Shown: piece by piece, positions 24,250-37,479 of the stretch
Layout of the letters: each line of letters starts with the position of its first letter
Position numbering within the stretch: position 1 is the stretch's first letter
DNA from: Lama guanicoe
Taxonomy: Eukaryota
Assembly: GCA_013239625.1 (NCBI GenBank)
Contig: MU053520.1
Span: 1,331,103-1,395,102 of the forward strand
Direction: 5' to 3'
DNA length: 64,000 bases
Translations under genes and position numbers: made by a program
The notes under the pieces: generated by a model
The model's database searches: none
What the model was told of the DNA's origin: nothing
What the model saw: only the letters and a program-made list of their open reading frames with translations

Positions 24250-25246
24250 ATGCCACTTTTATCCTAAAGATATCAGTCAAATCTGAGAAACATGATTGTA
24301 ACGTTCAAGGCTAGGAGAAGGTTGGATAGCAGAAGACAAAATTCAAACCTAAAAATCTTCTCCTATGAAAATGAGGTTCCAGAGTATCACTCCCTCAGTG
24401 AACCCAAGGAAAAGTGCCTTGGTAATTATCAGAACACTATCCTTGGGAAATTGTAAGAAGAAGGCAGCCCTCATGCAGATTTCCAACCAACTTCACTTTA
24501 CTAACTTAATTCCCAAAACTTCAAACCATGAACACCAGCTGTCCAGATAGGTAATGTTCCAAGTAGTTGGCTAAAAAGCAAGCAAATCCTTTCTGAAAGA
24601 ATGCACCTTCAACAGATTTCAAGAATGTCTCATATCATAAATAGAGGATTTTCCAAGGAAAATGTGCCCTGCAGAGTAAAGGAAATCACTGAGCACACAA
24701 GGAAACAAAACACCATGTACGAGCATCAGAATAAAAAAACCCTGAAACACGTGTCCTCTGAATTCAGATACTAGAATTCACAGATAAAGACCACTAAACA
24801 GCCCTGTTTTTTATGTCCAAAGCAAATTAAAAACAAGCTTGAACAAGCTGCAGGAAATAGCAAACTACAAATGGTTATCAAGCAGATTTGAAAAAGAACA
24901 AAGTAGAATTTCTAGAATTTAAAAAAAAAAGACAATGAATAGTCTTCCAACTCTGATGAAGTAGCTTGTGATAGAACAATGCTTCAATTAAGAATGACTA
25001 GATACAGCCAGATAAAATTTGAACATCTGTATAAAGGCACTGGGGAGTTGCTGATGTTACCGGGATGAGAGGGGATAAGATTCCTGTGAGAGGAAATTTC
25101 AGAGAAAACAGGTAATGCTTGGCAGCTGCTTTTCTACTGGAGGCATTTGCTGATGTACATGGGAAGAAGAAAGCAAAGGGTTGGAGGAAAGAAGGGTGGC
25201 ATTTGGTGGAAAAACCAGCAGAATGTTTTGACAGTCTCATTGGGTT
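24250..25246 (+). mobile_element. Old L1M 5'/ORF1-type fragments
   Basis: aaatcactgagcacacaaggaaacaa...caccatg and ttcagatactagaatt...gcagatttgaaaaagaacaaagtagaatttctagaa are ORF1-type motifs. Confidence 0.55.
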
Positions 25247-25729
25247 TGTTAACCCAAGGTAAGCTCATGCACCTGCCACACCATGAGGCCAAACACTCTG
25301 AAACATGAGTTTGGAGCAGGGAACGGCTTATTGCAGGGCTGAGCAAAGAGGACAGGGTGGCTCGTACCCAAGAAAACCCCAAACTCCCCAAAGGGTTTCC
25401 ACAAAGCATATTTAAAGTCCAGGTAAGGGAGCGGGGGTCACAGGGTACATGATCAGCTCGTGTACAATTATCTTATTGGTTGATGTTGAGGTAACAGAGT
25501 GGTCAACACTATCAACCCCCCGGGTTGCAGACCAGAAGGTCTGCAGGCCATGTGCTCTCAATCATCAAGTAGTTAATTTCTTCCCTTTGGTGGTGGCTAT
25601 AAGCATCTGAAAAACTCAGGAAATACACTTGAGATATGATTATCAGGGTACTTAGGAGAGGAGATAAAGCAGAGGATATAGGGGAAAAGTCTGACCCTGG
25701 AAGGCCCCACAGGGTCCTGCTCCATTACA
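25247..25729 (-). mobile_element. Solo ERV1 LTR
   Basis: tgttaac...cattaca termini, near-TSD ggtt/gatt; reverse strand begins tgtaatggagcaggaccctgtggggccttcc. Confidence 0.85.
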
Positions 25730-25864
25730 GATTGAAGAGACAAAATATGAGACTTATGGATCCAAGACTCCCTCAAATGAGAAGAGACAAAACTGAACCT
25801 AACACACAGTTTTACTCTCAAGAAATCTGTAGAATCCTGAAGCACCACAAAAGGGTAGGCTAAG

Positions 25865-28430
25865 AAGTCAATTTGGGGCTTTCTCTAGAAGCAGACACTG
25901 GGGTTTTGAGTATGAAAGTAGTTTATTTGGGAGATGGTCTCAGAAAACACTGGCAGAGTAGAGAAAAGCAAGGGAAGAAGAGAAAGGCAATAAAAAATGG
26001 TACATTTTTCAAACAACACACCACTAAGGGTAACTGGAGCTTAATCCAACCAGTGAAATTTGGGACACTGTGTAAAACACATTCTTCAGAGCTACCCCAC
26101 CCAAGGGGTGAGGGAAGTGTTACGTTTATGTAGCAACTCCTGCCAGTCATTGGCTAATGGATTCTCCCAGAGGATGCTCATGCTGCTCTGGCCTGCTGTG
26201 TGCCTCAATAAAACAGAATCTGATGGTCAGAGAAAGCCCTCAGGAGAAGACATGCAGGTACTGGCATTTGGAGGTTGGACTAATGTACACTATAATGATC
26301 AGGGCTAGTGGGACATGAGGAGGGCACAGCTTCTGCTCCAGACAATACCTTGCACTGCTCATATCCACACATGCCTCCTATGAGGTTCACTCTGTCCCAT
26401 GACCTGGTTATAATTTCTATAAAAGGAGAATGGAAGGGCTACTGTTCCCACTGTTGCAAATGGTTTTGAGGCTGCACTGATTATTTATTGCCTTTCTTTT
26501 CTCTTGCCCATTACAGGTTTACCATACTTGGCCGGTTCATGTGCTAGTCTTTGTTACTTGCCCAAAGGGATAACACAGATTTTGGGCCCTGATGTGTCTG
26601 AGCCTCTGGTTACTGTCCACTTGTTAAGCTATATTTACTTCCGTTTCCTGTTCCTGGATATCAGTGGGCATTGCAACATCAAGATGCAGCCAAGTAAATC
26701 TCCTAAGTTCCAGCCTTACTCCTCCCACTGCTACTGAAGGCACTGTCGGGCCCTCCTGAATACAAAAGCCTTTCTGTGTCCCCTGTTCCTTATTTGTAGA
26801 AAATGACTTTCATCTCCTAGGTCTTCCCTGAGTTCCAGAGAGCAGATTCAAGCTGTTACTAACTAGAAAAGTGAGGCAATGCAGAAACAAAGGAAAAAGA
26901 AGCCCAATGTAATATCTTCCATGACTGTAAGCTTCAATTAATGCATTGATCTATAACCCCCAATCTGTCGAGATAATGTCCTGAGGCTTCAACCAGCTGG
27001 CCTCAAGGTGACAAAATTGATGACACCAGAGAGGATCAATGAAGAACTGAAACTCCTGAACCATCCCAAGCGCTCTATGTAAATAATCAAATGCCTCAAC
27101 CATTGCTTTTGCTCTCTCCTAGAAAGGAGTTAAGTGATCGCAGACTTTGCTTTGCAGGAACACATAGATCCATCACAATCACCATCGCCAATGACACATT
27201 GAGTCACAGGACACAGCCAGGAAGTCTGCAGCTGAGGTCTTATCAAAAAGCTGAAATCACAGTATCTCCATTTTTGCTTTTAAAGACCTTGCACCTGAAA
27301 TAAACACATTTTTTTCCCTCAACCAGGTCGCCATTCTGGGAATTCTTGGTTACCAGCAGTGAAGCGAGGGTGCATAGTTTGTTCTCATAAGTGTCCCTGA
27401 AAGTGATAATGAGAAAGGCCACTCCTACTTGAGTTCTCTATCTCTCAGAGCACAGCAGCCCACAATGGCTGTTGACTCAAATACCACATCTTGAAGAACA
27501 GCACGCCAACCCCACAAGGTGTTGCATTTAAGCACATAGGTGTGCATTTAAGAGTTCTTTCCAATTTTCTGTCAGGCTTGGAAGCTTCAGCATGCTAAAT
27601 TATACAGCAGGACTAGTCGATGACATGGCCGTATGCCCACTGCTACCCCTTCTTTGCTATTAAGTGGGTCAATCGCCCATGGAGATATTGTATGAGATCC
27701 CATGTCAGTAAAACAGACATTGTCTGAGTACTCATATAGTAGGTTGAGACATTGCAGATAGGAATGGAAAACTTATCCCAGGATACATATCAATTTTAGT
27801 GAGGATAAATTGCTGTCACCTCCTGTCTGGACACGTTTCACTGCAATCAGGTTGAAACCAAATGGCTGTTTGATCTCTCTTAAGTGGATGGTATAATACT
27901 ATGAGCCTGATCAGCTCCATCAGTCTTTGTGAGAGGAAACCCAAGCTGTTGGGCCCAAGAATTAACTATAACCTAGAAAATGTAGCTACTCCATTCATGG
28001 TTTCTCTGCAATCACTGGGGTGACAAAGGTCTACTGGATTGTTCAATGCCATGACCAAAGTGCATCATCTCTGCTAGGTATTTACATGAGACACACAGAT
28101 AAAGTTTGAACCTATTTTCTCAAGTTCATACACATGCTTCTTCCCCAGACTTCTCTGAATTTCCAATCATGTTCCTTCTAAGCCCCTGCTTAACCAGTCA
28201 AGCTACTTTCCATTGACAAGGAATCCATGCATATACTCTCTTCACTCCACTTTTCTCTACTTAGGTTGATACCTAAGTTTATATTTTGAAGCTCTGCCCA
28301 CCAGAAAGATTTCCCTCCCCCATCATCATCTTTCTACCTTAGTCAGGCTGCAGTGCAGTGGCAGTCAATTTTCAAACCATGTCAACTACCATGCTCTTAA
28401 ATCCATGAACAGGGCCCAAGATTTTCCCTT
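25865..28430 (-). mobile_element. ERVL remnant: LTR16-like LTR (about 25865-26340) plus degraded internal pol/integrase sequence
   Basis: ctagaagcagacactg...aagtagtttatttgggagatg is typical of antisense LTR16. The downstream ccccttctttgctattaagtggg...gatcccatgtcagt...ggaaaacttatcccagga resembles antisense ERVL integrase. No open frame remains. Confidence 0.7.
26735..27322 (+). mobile_element. ERV1-type LTR inserted in the ERVL remnant
   Basis: cttccctgagttccagagagcagattcaag...gcagaaacaaagga motif of cetartiodactyl ERV1 LTRs, with AATAAA at about 27299-27304. Boundaries approximate. Confidence 0.6.
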
Positions 28431-28627
28431 CTCCATCAAAAGTAGGGTGTGTGTAAGAGAAATAAAGGAGAAAAAAATAGAAACAATGACCAAAAAGTTC
28501 TCCCAAATTGATGAAAAACACCAACCTACAATCCAAGAAGCTCAATGAATCCCAGGCAGGATAAGTATAAAGAAGACCACAACCAGGCACACTGCAGTCA
28601 GACTGCTGGAAATGAAAGACTAAGTCT

Positions 28628-29094
28628 TTAATTTATACAATGGAATACTACTCAGCCATAAAAACTGACAACATAATGCCATTTGCAGCAACATGGATGC
28701 TCCTGGAGAATGTCATTCTAAGTGAAGTAAGCCAGAAAGAGGAAGAAAAATATCATATGAGATTGTTTATATGTGGAATCTAAAACAAACAAACAAACAA
28801 AGCATAAATGCAAAACAGAAATGGACTCATAGACATAGAATACAGACTTGTGGTTGCCAAGGGGGTCGGGGGTGGGAAGAGATAGACTAGGATTTCAAAA
28901 CTGTAGAATAGATAAACAAGATTATTCTGTACAGCACAGGGAAATATATGCAAGATGTTATGGTAGCTCACAGAGAAAGGAATGCGACAATGAATATATA
29001 TTTGTTCATGTATAATTGAAAACTTGTGCTCTACACTGGAATTTGACACAACATTGTAAAATGATTATAAATCAATAAAAAATGTTAAAAAAAA
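28628..29094 (+). mobile_element. Young 5'-truncated L1 (end of ORF2, 3'UTR, poly(A))
   Basis: Perfect 13-bp TSD aaagactaagtct at 28615-28627 and 29095-29107. Confidence 0.95.
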
Positions 29095-29240
29095 AAAGAC
29101 TAAGTCTGAAAAGAAACTAGACCAGAGTGGTGGGAGGGAAAAATACATACAGACGGACAATGATAATCATGATATCTGACTTATCATCATAAATAATGGA
29201 GTGAAACTGTGAAAAGATGCCTTTAAAGCAGTTGAAAGAG

Positions 29241-29740
29241 TGTTGGGTGAATGATGGCCATACATTCCTTACCACCCTCTTTAAGGAGAGATGAAGTTTA
29301 TTTCAATTACCTTTGAGGTTATGCTGGCTCTGTGTCTGCTTAACCAACATGATACGGCTGAAGTGATAATGTGCTAGTTCTGATTCTAGATTCCAGGGGG
29401 ATTGGCAGCTTGTGCTTCCTCTTTCCTGGAACCCTTGCTCCCCTTCAGAACCTAGCTACCATGCAGTGAGAAGCCCAAGCCAGAAGGGAGGTCATGTGTA
29501 AGTACTCCAGTCAGCAGCCCCAGCTGAGCACTCAGCCCAAAGCCAACACCCACCTCCAGCCATGTAAGTGAGTTAGCTTGGACTTCTCAACGCATTTGTG
29601 CACCCAGCTAAGTGTATCTCTGTCTGACTTCACACGGAGCAGAAGAACCATCTAGATGGTCCCAGTCAACCCACAAAATCATAAAATATAATAAAATGCT
29701 TTCTTTAAAAAAGGCCTTAAGTTTCATGGTTGTTTGTTAA
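29241..29740 (+). mobile_element. MaLR LTR, MLT1G/H-like
   Basis: gaacctagctaccatgcagtgagaagcccaagcc...cagcagccccagctgagc...cccagtcaacccacaaaatcat. Confidence 0.8.
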
Positions 29741-30341
29741 AGTAAAATAATAAAATAACAAATTAGGACTTAGTAGGGAGACACTTTATTCAGAAGGATT
29801 ATTGCAAGGAGACAGGGGAAAAGACTAATGCAATAGAGAAAACACTTTGACAGTAAAATCTGCAAGAACCTCAATGGGTTAGGTAAAAAGGGTTTCTCTT
29901 TTCTAGAGAGGAGTACACAGGCTAGAAAGAACAGGGGGGGAGGGACTTGGGATGGAAGGGTGTTATGATCACACAGCAGATCAGAAAGCATTTTACCCTG
30001 ACACCAGCCTGTTTCCCAAGCTCTCATGAGATTGTATGCTGGTACAGGAACCTGGGGGAAGGAGAGAATCTCACTTAAGTTTAGTTAACAAGCATTTTGT
30101 TATGATTGATCAGTGGGGACAAGCAGTTTAGTTAATCATTTGTGAAGCAGGGAATAGGATTTGGGAGATCTGTAACTGGCCTTGTCATAGGCAAAAGACG
30201 GTTATTCACGAGTTTCATCTCGGTCACAAGAAAAAGAGTGTTCTGCTCAGTAAGCCATTTTTCTGGATGCAACACAGTGGGGAGGTTCCTTTAATCACTG
30301 TCTTCTAGGAGTACAAGCCTAGGTAAAATTCAACATTGTCA
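29735..30341 (-). mobile_element. Solo ERV1 LTR (MER4 group)
   Basis: Reverse strand begins tgacaatgttgaattttacctaggc; antisense poly(A) signal ctttattc at about 29783. Left boundary approximate. Confidence 0.7.
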
Positions 30342-30569
30342 GTAGAAAGGTATAATGAAAACAACTGCCAACCCAGAATTCTTTATCCAGTAAAAATGCC
30401 CTTCAAACCTGAGGGTGGAATATGAACGTCTTAAGAAACTAAGTCTGTAAGAATTGATAGCAGTAAGCATAAGAAATGCTAAAAGAATGTTCTGAGAATG
30501 AGTAGAAATGATACCAGATGGAAAATATGATCTACAGGAAGGAATGAAGAGCTTAGCAAATGGTACATT

Positions 30570-31760
30570 AAAATATTACATTGAATAAAAGAAGCCCCTG
30601 GGAATGATTGTTTTCTAGAGGGGACAAGAAAAATTCTTTAAGATATGGGAGATATTGTAACATCTTGTTTGGTGTGTTAGTTAAATGGGAATACAACATT
30701 TCTCAAAATGTACTGGATATTTGAGCATGTTTACTGTGAATAAATTTTAGCTTAATTTTTTAAAATTAAAATAAATTTCAATATGTATATATATATAATT
30801 AATAAAAGAAAGACAAATTTATAGATTTTAGAAAATATTTTCATGACCTCAGGTAGGAAAGACATAAAATGTGGTAACTATAATGAGCGAGAGAAAATTT
30901 GTTCCCCTTAAATTAAGAACTTCTAGTCAAGACACCATCAAGAGAGGACAAGCCACAGTGTATCCAGTATATATAAAGAACTACTGATAAACCAACATTA
31001 GGAAAGTAATATGCCAATGTACTACCAAGTACTACAAAGAACTTCACAAATAAACTCAAAAAACATCTAAATATATAAAACAATACTCACTTGTGTTAAT
31101 AATCAGGCAAATAATTACAAAATAAATTATATCAGTACTAACTCACCAGGTTGACAAAAAGAGAAAACAATCTGACAAAGCCAAGTGTTGGCAAGGATAT
31201 GATACTGCAAAGGGGATTGTAAATTGGCACAACCACTTTAGAACTATTTGGAATTATCTAACAAAGTTGAAGATGCAAATACCTTATAATTAAAAATTTC
31301 TACACTTTAGGAATATGTTCCAATGAGATTTTTGCATGAGAATTCATAAAAGAATATTCACAGCATTACTGTTTATAATATCCATCAACAGTAGAATAGA
31401 TAAATAAAAAATAGTATTCATACAGTGGGATATCACACAACAGAGACATTATATGAACATAGCTCACATATCAATATAAATAAGCCTCACAAAAATTGTT
31501 GAGTGAAAGAAAAGAGAATCAAAAGAATATATATTTGTTCCATTTATATAGTTTAATAACTGCCAGACTAAACAATACTTTTAGGTAAGTATATGTAGAT
31601 GATAAAAACTATGAAGAAATACAAGAAACTGTAACAAAAGCCAGGGGTGTAGGAAGGGTGTTTTGTTCTGGACACGTGGAGGTCTTCTATGATTTCACAT
31701 GGTACATATGTGTTTTATGTATACTTCTGTATACATGATGTATTTCAAAATTTTCATAAA
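30570..31760 (+). mobile_element. L1ME-type 3' region relics
   Basis: ccaagtgttggcaaggatat...gtaaattggcacaaccacttt...aagaatattcacagcattactgtttataata...tccatcaacagtagaatagataaataaa. Confidence 0.75.
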
Positions 31761-32429
31761 ATGAACATGTATGGTATAATACATTGACCAGGACCTTGAC
31801 TTTGACCATTGTTTCAGAGCAAACCTTGCTTCCAAATCTGTTGAGAGCTGGTTAACATCTTCATGTTAGTATTAGAGGATAACTGTCTTTCAAACAGAAA
31901 TACAATTTGAAGACCATCTTGGTCATCATAATAAACTAAGATAACTGAATCCAGAGATGTTAATTGACTTGCCCAAAGTAGAATAACTAGTGCCAGAGAC
32001 TAGATTAGACTCCCACCGACTGGGATGATTGGATTAACCACTCATTGACATTAATCATGAGAAAGTCTCTCACATCAGCTATCATATCTTGTTCATACTA
32101 CTAATGGTTTCTTTACAGTTGGAAAAGGAATTTTGTGTCCTTTGCCCTGGTTGCTTGTCTGTATCATAGATCATTTGATGCAACATATTAACCCATTCAA
32201 ACAAATGTGAGTTTCTTAGAGAATTATTACATTGGAGTTTCCTAGAGAATTAAATAATTTTCACCCAAACAGAACATGATTAGAAAAGAAAAAATATTGC
32301 TCAGCATTTCAACTTATTCAAATGAGCAATTCTTAATATACTTTATTATCTTCCCCACATCTGAGGGACATGCATTTTTTTAAGTTTACTTTGGTTTTTT
32401 TCTAACTCATTTTTTCTCAGATGTTTTCT

Positions 32430-32605
32430 TTGGACTCATTCACATCAGAACCATTGGAACATGAAAAGTGTTAAAAATGTAAGTCCTTAAATTTTAGCTC
32501 ACCTATAGCATAGGCTAATAGAATCTCTGAGGAAGAAACTCAAAAATCTTAATTGTAAACAAGCTCTCCAGCTGGTTTTCCTACCCAATAAATTGGAAGC
32601 ATTCT
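32430..32605. mobile_element. MER5-type MITE
   Basis: cacatcagaacc...gttaaaaatg...agaatctctgagg...taaacaagctctccag. Confidence 0.55.
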
Positions 32606-33544
32606 ATTCAAGTTCATTTTCTAGGAACTCATGATTTGTTATCTTAATCTTATATGTTTTATTATTTAATGTCTTTGATGGCAAAGGAACAAAACTTTCT
32701 TGTGGTATTATTTATTTAAGAAAATTAAACTAATTTAGGAAAATTAAACAAATTTAAGAAAATTTGATTAAGAAATATACACAATTTTATCACTGAGTCT
32801 CTTGTTTTTTAAAAAAAAGTTCCCAGTGCTCTAGCTGTATAGAAGCATATTTTGTCACAGTTGCAGGAAACACTAGAGATCAGTTAATTGAAACTCATTA
32901 TTTATTTTATGGTTTAAAAATAAACCCCAAAGATGAGGACTTACTTACTTGCTAAGATTATACAAAGAATTAGTGTCTGGGCCTGTACCAGAACTCAGAT
33001 GCCTTGGCCTAAGACCAATGATTTTATTTTTAAAGCATGAGTGTGTATAAAAACTAGAAGGTAATATGCAAAGGTAAAAATAAGATGTGAGTTTTGTGGG
33101 AAGACTATAATTTGATTTTAAAGGTATTTAATTTTTATTTATTAATTCTGCTATATAACCTTTTTAGTATAAAGTTGTATAATATTTCACTTTGATCAAT
33201 GTTCTATAATAAAATGGGTTTTCACTATGTTTTATTTCTATTTCAATTCATTCTAATAAGAAGTTGTCTTTTTACAGAAACAAAATATACATAGACTACA
33301 AAGATTTAAAAGTAGATAAGACAATTGGGGCTTATTTCCATTTGCTATGTTATCCAAAAAAGAGATTTGGCGTCTACCTAAATAATCTCCAGGACTCTAA
33401 CTTTATATACTCTCTAGCCAAGATATTCTGGAAATGGAGAAGAGAGAGGGGAATGGGAGATATTAAAAACTGGCTGTAGCTTTCATTATGTCTCAAAGAT
33501 TGAGAGAGAAAAGAAAACATTCTAGGCACATCATTTCTTCTCAA

Positions 33545-35235
33545 CATATTCCAACCGGGCTTCTGTACCTACCACTTAGATACTGTTCTTGTCCAGGACA
33601 ATAATAACCCCCTAGACATTGAATCCTAAATCACTATCCTACCTAATTTCTTAGCAGTAGTCAACATGATTGGTCACTCTCTCCTTCCTTAAACATATTC
33701 TTCTCTGGATTCCATGGTAACCTCCTGTGATGGTTAATTTTATATGTCAACTTGGCTAGGCCATGGTGCCCTGATATTTATTTGGTAAGAGAAGTCTACA
33801 TGTTGTTGCAAAGGTATTTTTAGATGAGATTAATATTTAAAATAATAGATTTTGAGTAAAGCATATTAGTCTCCATAACACAAGTGGGCCTCATCCAATC
33901 AGTTGAAGTCCTTAGGTAAAAAGACTGAGGTTCTTTTAAGGAGGAGGAAATTCTGCCAGTAGACTGCCTGCCTTCAGACTCAAGCTGGAACATCAACTGT
34001 TCCTTTGGGTCTTCAACCTGATGGCTATGGACTGGCCAGTCTCCACATTTTCTCTCTCGCTCTCTCTCTCTCACAGCCCGTCCCCCACCAAATAGTGTAT
34101 AAACTATTACTTCTGCTTCTCTGCAGACCTCTGAGTAATTCACATCCCTTCCTACATTGTTGGCCACAATCATTCAGTTTCTCTGATGGCTCTTCTTTCT
34201 CTGTCTGGCCTCTAAAGTGCCACCTTGCTCAGGACTTGATCCTGGGACCCTCCTCTCTGTTAACAGGTTCTCTCCAAGAGATGTCTGCCTATTCCAGGGT
34301 TTTAAATACCAAGTAAACACTAAAGACTCTCAGATCTCCAGCCTTAGTCTCTTTCTAGAACTCCAGTGCACAAGTCCATCCATCTATTAGGTATTGCAAA
34401 GTTAATATGGCCAAAACCATACTCTGAATTTCCTCCTCCAACACCTGCTTCTTGCCCAGTATTTTCTTTCCCAATAAATAAAACCATCATTCACTTGTTG
34501 CTTTACCTCATTCCTAACATCTAATCTGTAAACAACTTCCATCAACTCAACATGCAAACATATTTCAAATCTGTTCCCTTTTCTGCACTCTACTGTCACC
34601 TCTTGCCTGGATTGTTCCATAACACCCCAACATATATGTCCCAGCTTCCAATTATTCATTCTACACACAAAGCCAGCTGAGTAATCATATTCAATGATCA
34701 ATCTAATTATGTTATTCTCTTACTTAAAAGCCTTCAATGGCTTCTGATTTCATATAAAATAAAAACCAATCTCTTCATCATAAAGTAACTGGCCCAGCCC
34801 AGCTCTTTGACCTTTTTCCTACCAGGCTGCACTGTCTACTACATTCCAGCCTTCTTTCTCTGTTTTAGACACAACAGCCTTGCTTCCTTTTAAAGCTTTT
34901 GTCAGAGCTGGCCCCTTTGCTCAGAATGCTGTTTTTGCCATCCCTCTACACCCTTGAACTTCCATCTACACCCTAGTTTAAATTTTAGCTCTGCAGAGAA
35001 GCCATCCTTGACTACCTGATCTTTAATAATCACCCAGTCTCTCTCTGTCATGTCACTGCTTGAATTCTCTGCATAGCGCTTAATCTTTTGATCTTTTCCC
35101 TTTGTTTTTAATGTTTATTTTATATCTCCATTTCCTCTACTTAAATGCAAGTCCTTGAACAGAGACCTTGTTCATAATCACAGCAGTATCTTCACAGCAA
35201 AAACCCAGGACAGTATCTAGCATGGATCACATACT
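33545..35235 (+). mobile_element. L2a relic, about 1.2 kb, with MLT2 inserted
   Basis: ggcttctgtacctaccact...; ctagaactccag; cttaaaagccttcaatggctt; tail ttcacagcaaaaacccaggacagtatctagcat. Confidence 0.8.
33726..34142 (+). mobile_element. MLT2 (ERVL) solo LTR
   Basis: Canonical start tgtgatggttaattttatatgtcaacttggctaggcc; near 5-bp TSD cctcc/catcc. Confidence 0.9.
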
Positions 35236-35296
35236 AAAGAAGAAAGAGCAAGGTAAAAAGACTAAAATTATAGGTGGCACAATGTTAACAGCTGTT

Positions 35297-35991
35297 TGTT
35301 TTGTTTTGTTTTGTTTTGTTTTTCTTTGTTTTACGACTTTGAAAACTTTGGAAAGTTTACTTTATGGTTTTTGTTTTTAAATATTTTTCATTGAATTATA
35401 GTCATTTTACAATGTTGTGTCAAATTCCAGTGTAGAGCACAATTTTTCAGTTATACATGAACATACATATATTCATTGTCACATTTTTTTTTTGCTGTGA
35501 GATACCACAAGATCTTGTATATATTTCCCTGTGCTATACAGTATAATCTTGTTTATCTGTTCTACATATGCCTGTCAGTACTTTGAAATTCCAGTCTATC
35601 CTTTCTCAACCCTCTCCCTCTTGGCAACCACAAGTTTGTACTCTATGTCTATGAGTCTGTTTCTGTTTTGTATTTATGTTCTTTTTTTTTTAAGATTCCA
35701 CATATGAGCAATCTCATATGGTGTTTTTCTTTCTCTTTCTGGCTTACTTCGCTTAGAATGACATTCTCCAGGAACATCCATGTTGCTGTAAATGGCATTA
35801 TGTTGTCATTTTATGGCTGAATAGTATTCCATTGTATAAATATACCACTTCTTCTCTATCCAGTCATCTGTTGATGGACATTTAGTCTGTTTCCACGTCT
35901 TGGCTATTGTAAATAGTGCTGCTATGAACATTGGGGTGCAGGTGTCTTTTTGAAGTAGGGTTCCTTCTGGATATATGCCCAGGAGCGGGAT
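35297..35991 (-). mobile_element. 5'-truncated L1 with a short 3' transduction
   Basis: Antisense copy of the 3' end seen at 50373-51266; 14-bp TSD tgttaacagctgtt at 35283-35296 and 35992-36005. Confidence 0.93.
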
Positions 35992-36039
35992 TGTTAACAG
36001 CTGTTAATTTGGGAAAATGGAAATACAGATATTTGTTAC

Positions 36040-36559
36040 TGTAATAGGGAAGAACAAATCTGACTCCAAATTAAATCTGTTCCTTTAGCTCTAACACTGT
36101 ACTCTGTTTTCTGTGTTTAGTCATGCTGGTTCTGTACATTTTGTAAAAGAATGTTGCCTACAGCCTGACATATACAAGATAGCCCATTCTCAAGTCTCTG
36201 ACCTTTAAGGGTGTAACACTTTTCCATTCACATAGATATACAAAGTTGCAGAACAGAGAATAACATTTGTCCTGTTGGAGGTTTATAGGAACATCATGAC
36301 CTGACCTACTCAGACAGTTGTAAGAACAAAGGATTCTGACACCAAGAAGTTTGCAACAACCAACCACAGCCCTCTTCCCTTTTTAGTATAAAGGGAGCCT
36401 GAATTCTGACTGGGGGAGATGGTTCTCCAGAGTATTAGTCTGCCATCTTGTTAGTCTGTTGGCTTTCCAAATAAAGTTTTTATTCCTTCCCCCAACACCT
36501 CATCTCCCAGTTTATTGACCTGCCATGCAGAGAGAAGAATGAGTTTGGACTGGGTAACA
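36040..36559 (+). mobile_element. Solo ERV1 LTR (related to 23089-23628)
   Basis: tgtaata...gggtaaca termini, TATA-like gtataaa at about 36386, AATAAA at about 36470. Confidence 0.9.
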
Positions 36560-37033
36560 TACCATTTTAACTGTTCTGTATTTTTAGAATATTTCAGAAT
36601 TGTATGTAGATAGACAGAAGTATAATTTGAAGAATCATTTGAAAGAAGCAGCTTGCCTTATTTACTGCCAGAACTTGTCGACCTGATCTGAAACGTAAAC
36701 TCTCTGAAAGAAAGAGCTGTGTTAGTGATGCTGCATGAGATCTGAGACTGAAACTTAGGAGCTAGGGCTTGCAGTTTCTACCTAAAGATAGATGAAATAC
36801 TTCCTAGAGCCCTCCCAGGCAGAGAAGGGTCACCCCACCGCTGCCTTCTCAGTTTTGCATAAAGTTGAGAAATACATGGGGTCCATGATGATCAGATGCT
36901 GTGTGTGAAGGATGTTCTGTAGTAGAAGCAGCCTAGCCTGGTGGAGAGAGCAGCATCCTCAGGCCAAGAGACCTTGCTTCTTCCACCAGCTACTTGGGGA
37001 GTGGCAGGGGGCCATTCAGAAAGGAACTCTACC

Positions 37034-37035
<2 letters not shown>

Positions 37036-37066
<31 letters not shown>
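37036..37066 (+). repeat. (TG)n microsatellite
   Basis: Seen directly. Confidence 0.95.
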
Positions 37067-37068
<2 letters not shown>

Positions 37069-37244
37069 TTTTATGTTATGCAAAAATTAGGGAGTTAAAT
37101 GTAATTATCCTTTTTCTAAATTTTAGTTTCAGTTTTCTTTGCCCAATATTTTTTAGAATTTTATTTTAAAATATCTGGTACTTCAGTCAAAATTTTGAAA
37201 CTCCATAAGGTACATTAATACTGAAGTTTTATAATCCAGACACT

Positions 37245-37395
37245 TGGTATCCAAAATGTGATCTGTGGACCAGCAGCATTGGCATAGTCTGGGAGCTTTT
37301 CAGAGATGGGAACTTTTAAGTCCCACCCTATACCTAACTAGCCTAAATCTGCATTTTAACAAGATCCCCAGGTGGCTCCTATGCACATTAAGAGA
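37245..37395. mobile_element. MER5A MITE
   Basis: caaaatgtgatctgtggaccagcagcattggcat...aatctgcattttaacaagatccccaggtg. Confidence 0.85.
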
Positions 37396-37479
37396 TTAAT
37401 GTGTTAATCTATAGCACCTAGTACAGGCTTCTGCCTGAGCTGACTTCAGTCGTCAAATCTGCTTGAAAAACAAGCAGTG

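Larger units (their letters stand above)
28450..30570 (+). mobile_element. Old L1M ORF1 relic interrupted by three insertions
   Basis: ccaaattgatgaaaaacaccaacctacaatccaagaagctcaatgaatccc ... resumes at aacaactgccaacccagaattctttatccagtaaaaat after 30341. Confidence 0.75.

Noticed and set aside
23089..36559. Two related LTRs in direct orientation 13 kb apart, which could be read as a provirus
   Set aside because: The LTRs are too divergent, the outer flanks (atta/tacc) are not a TSD, no primer-binding site is visible, and the interval holds much older MIR, L2, L1M and opposite-strand ERVL sequence.
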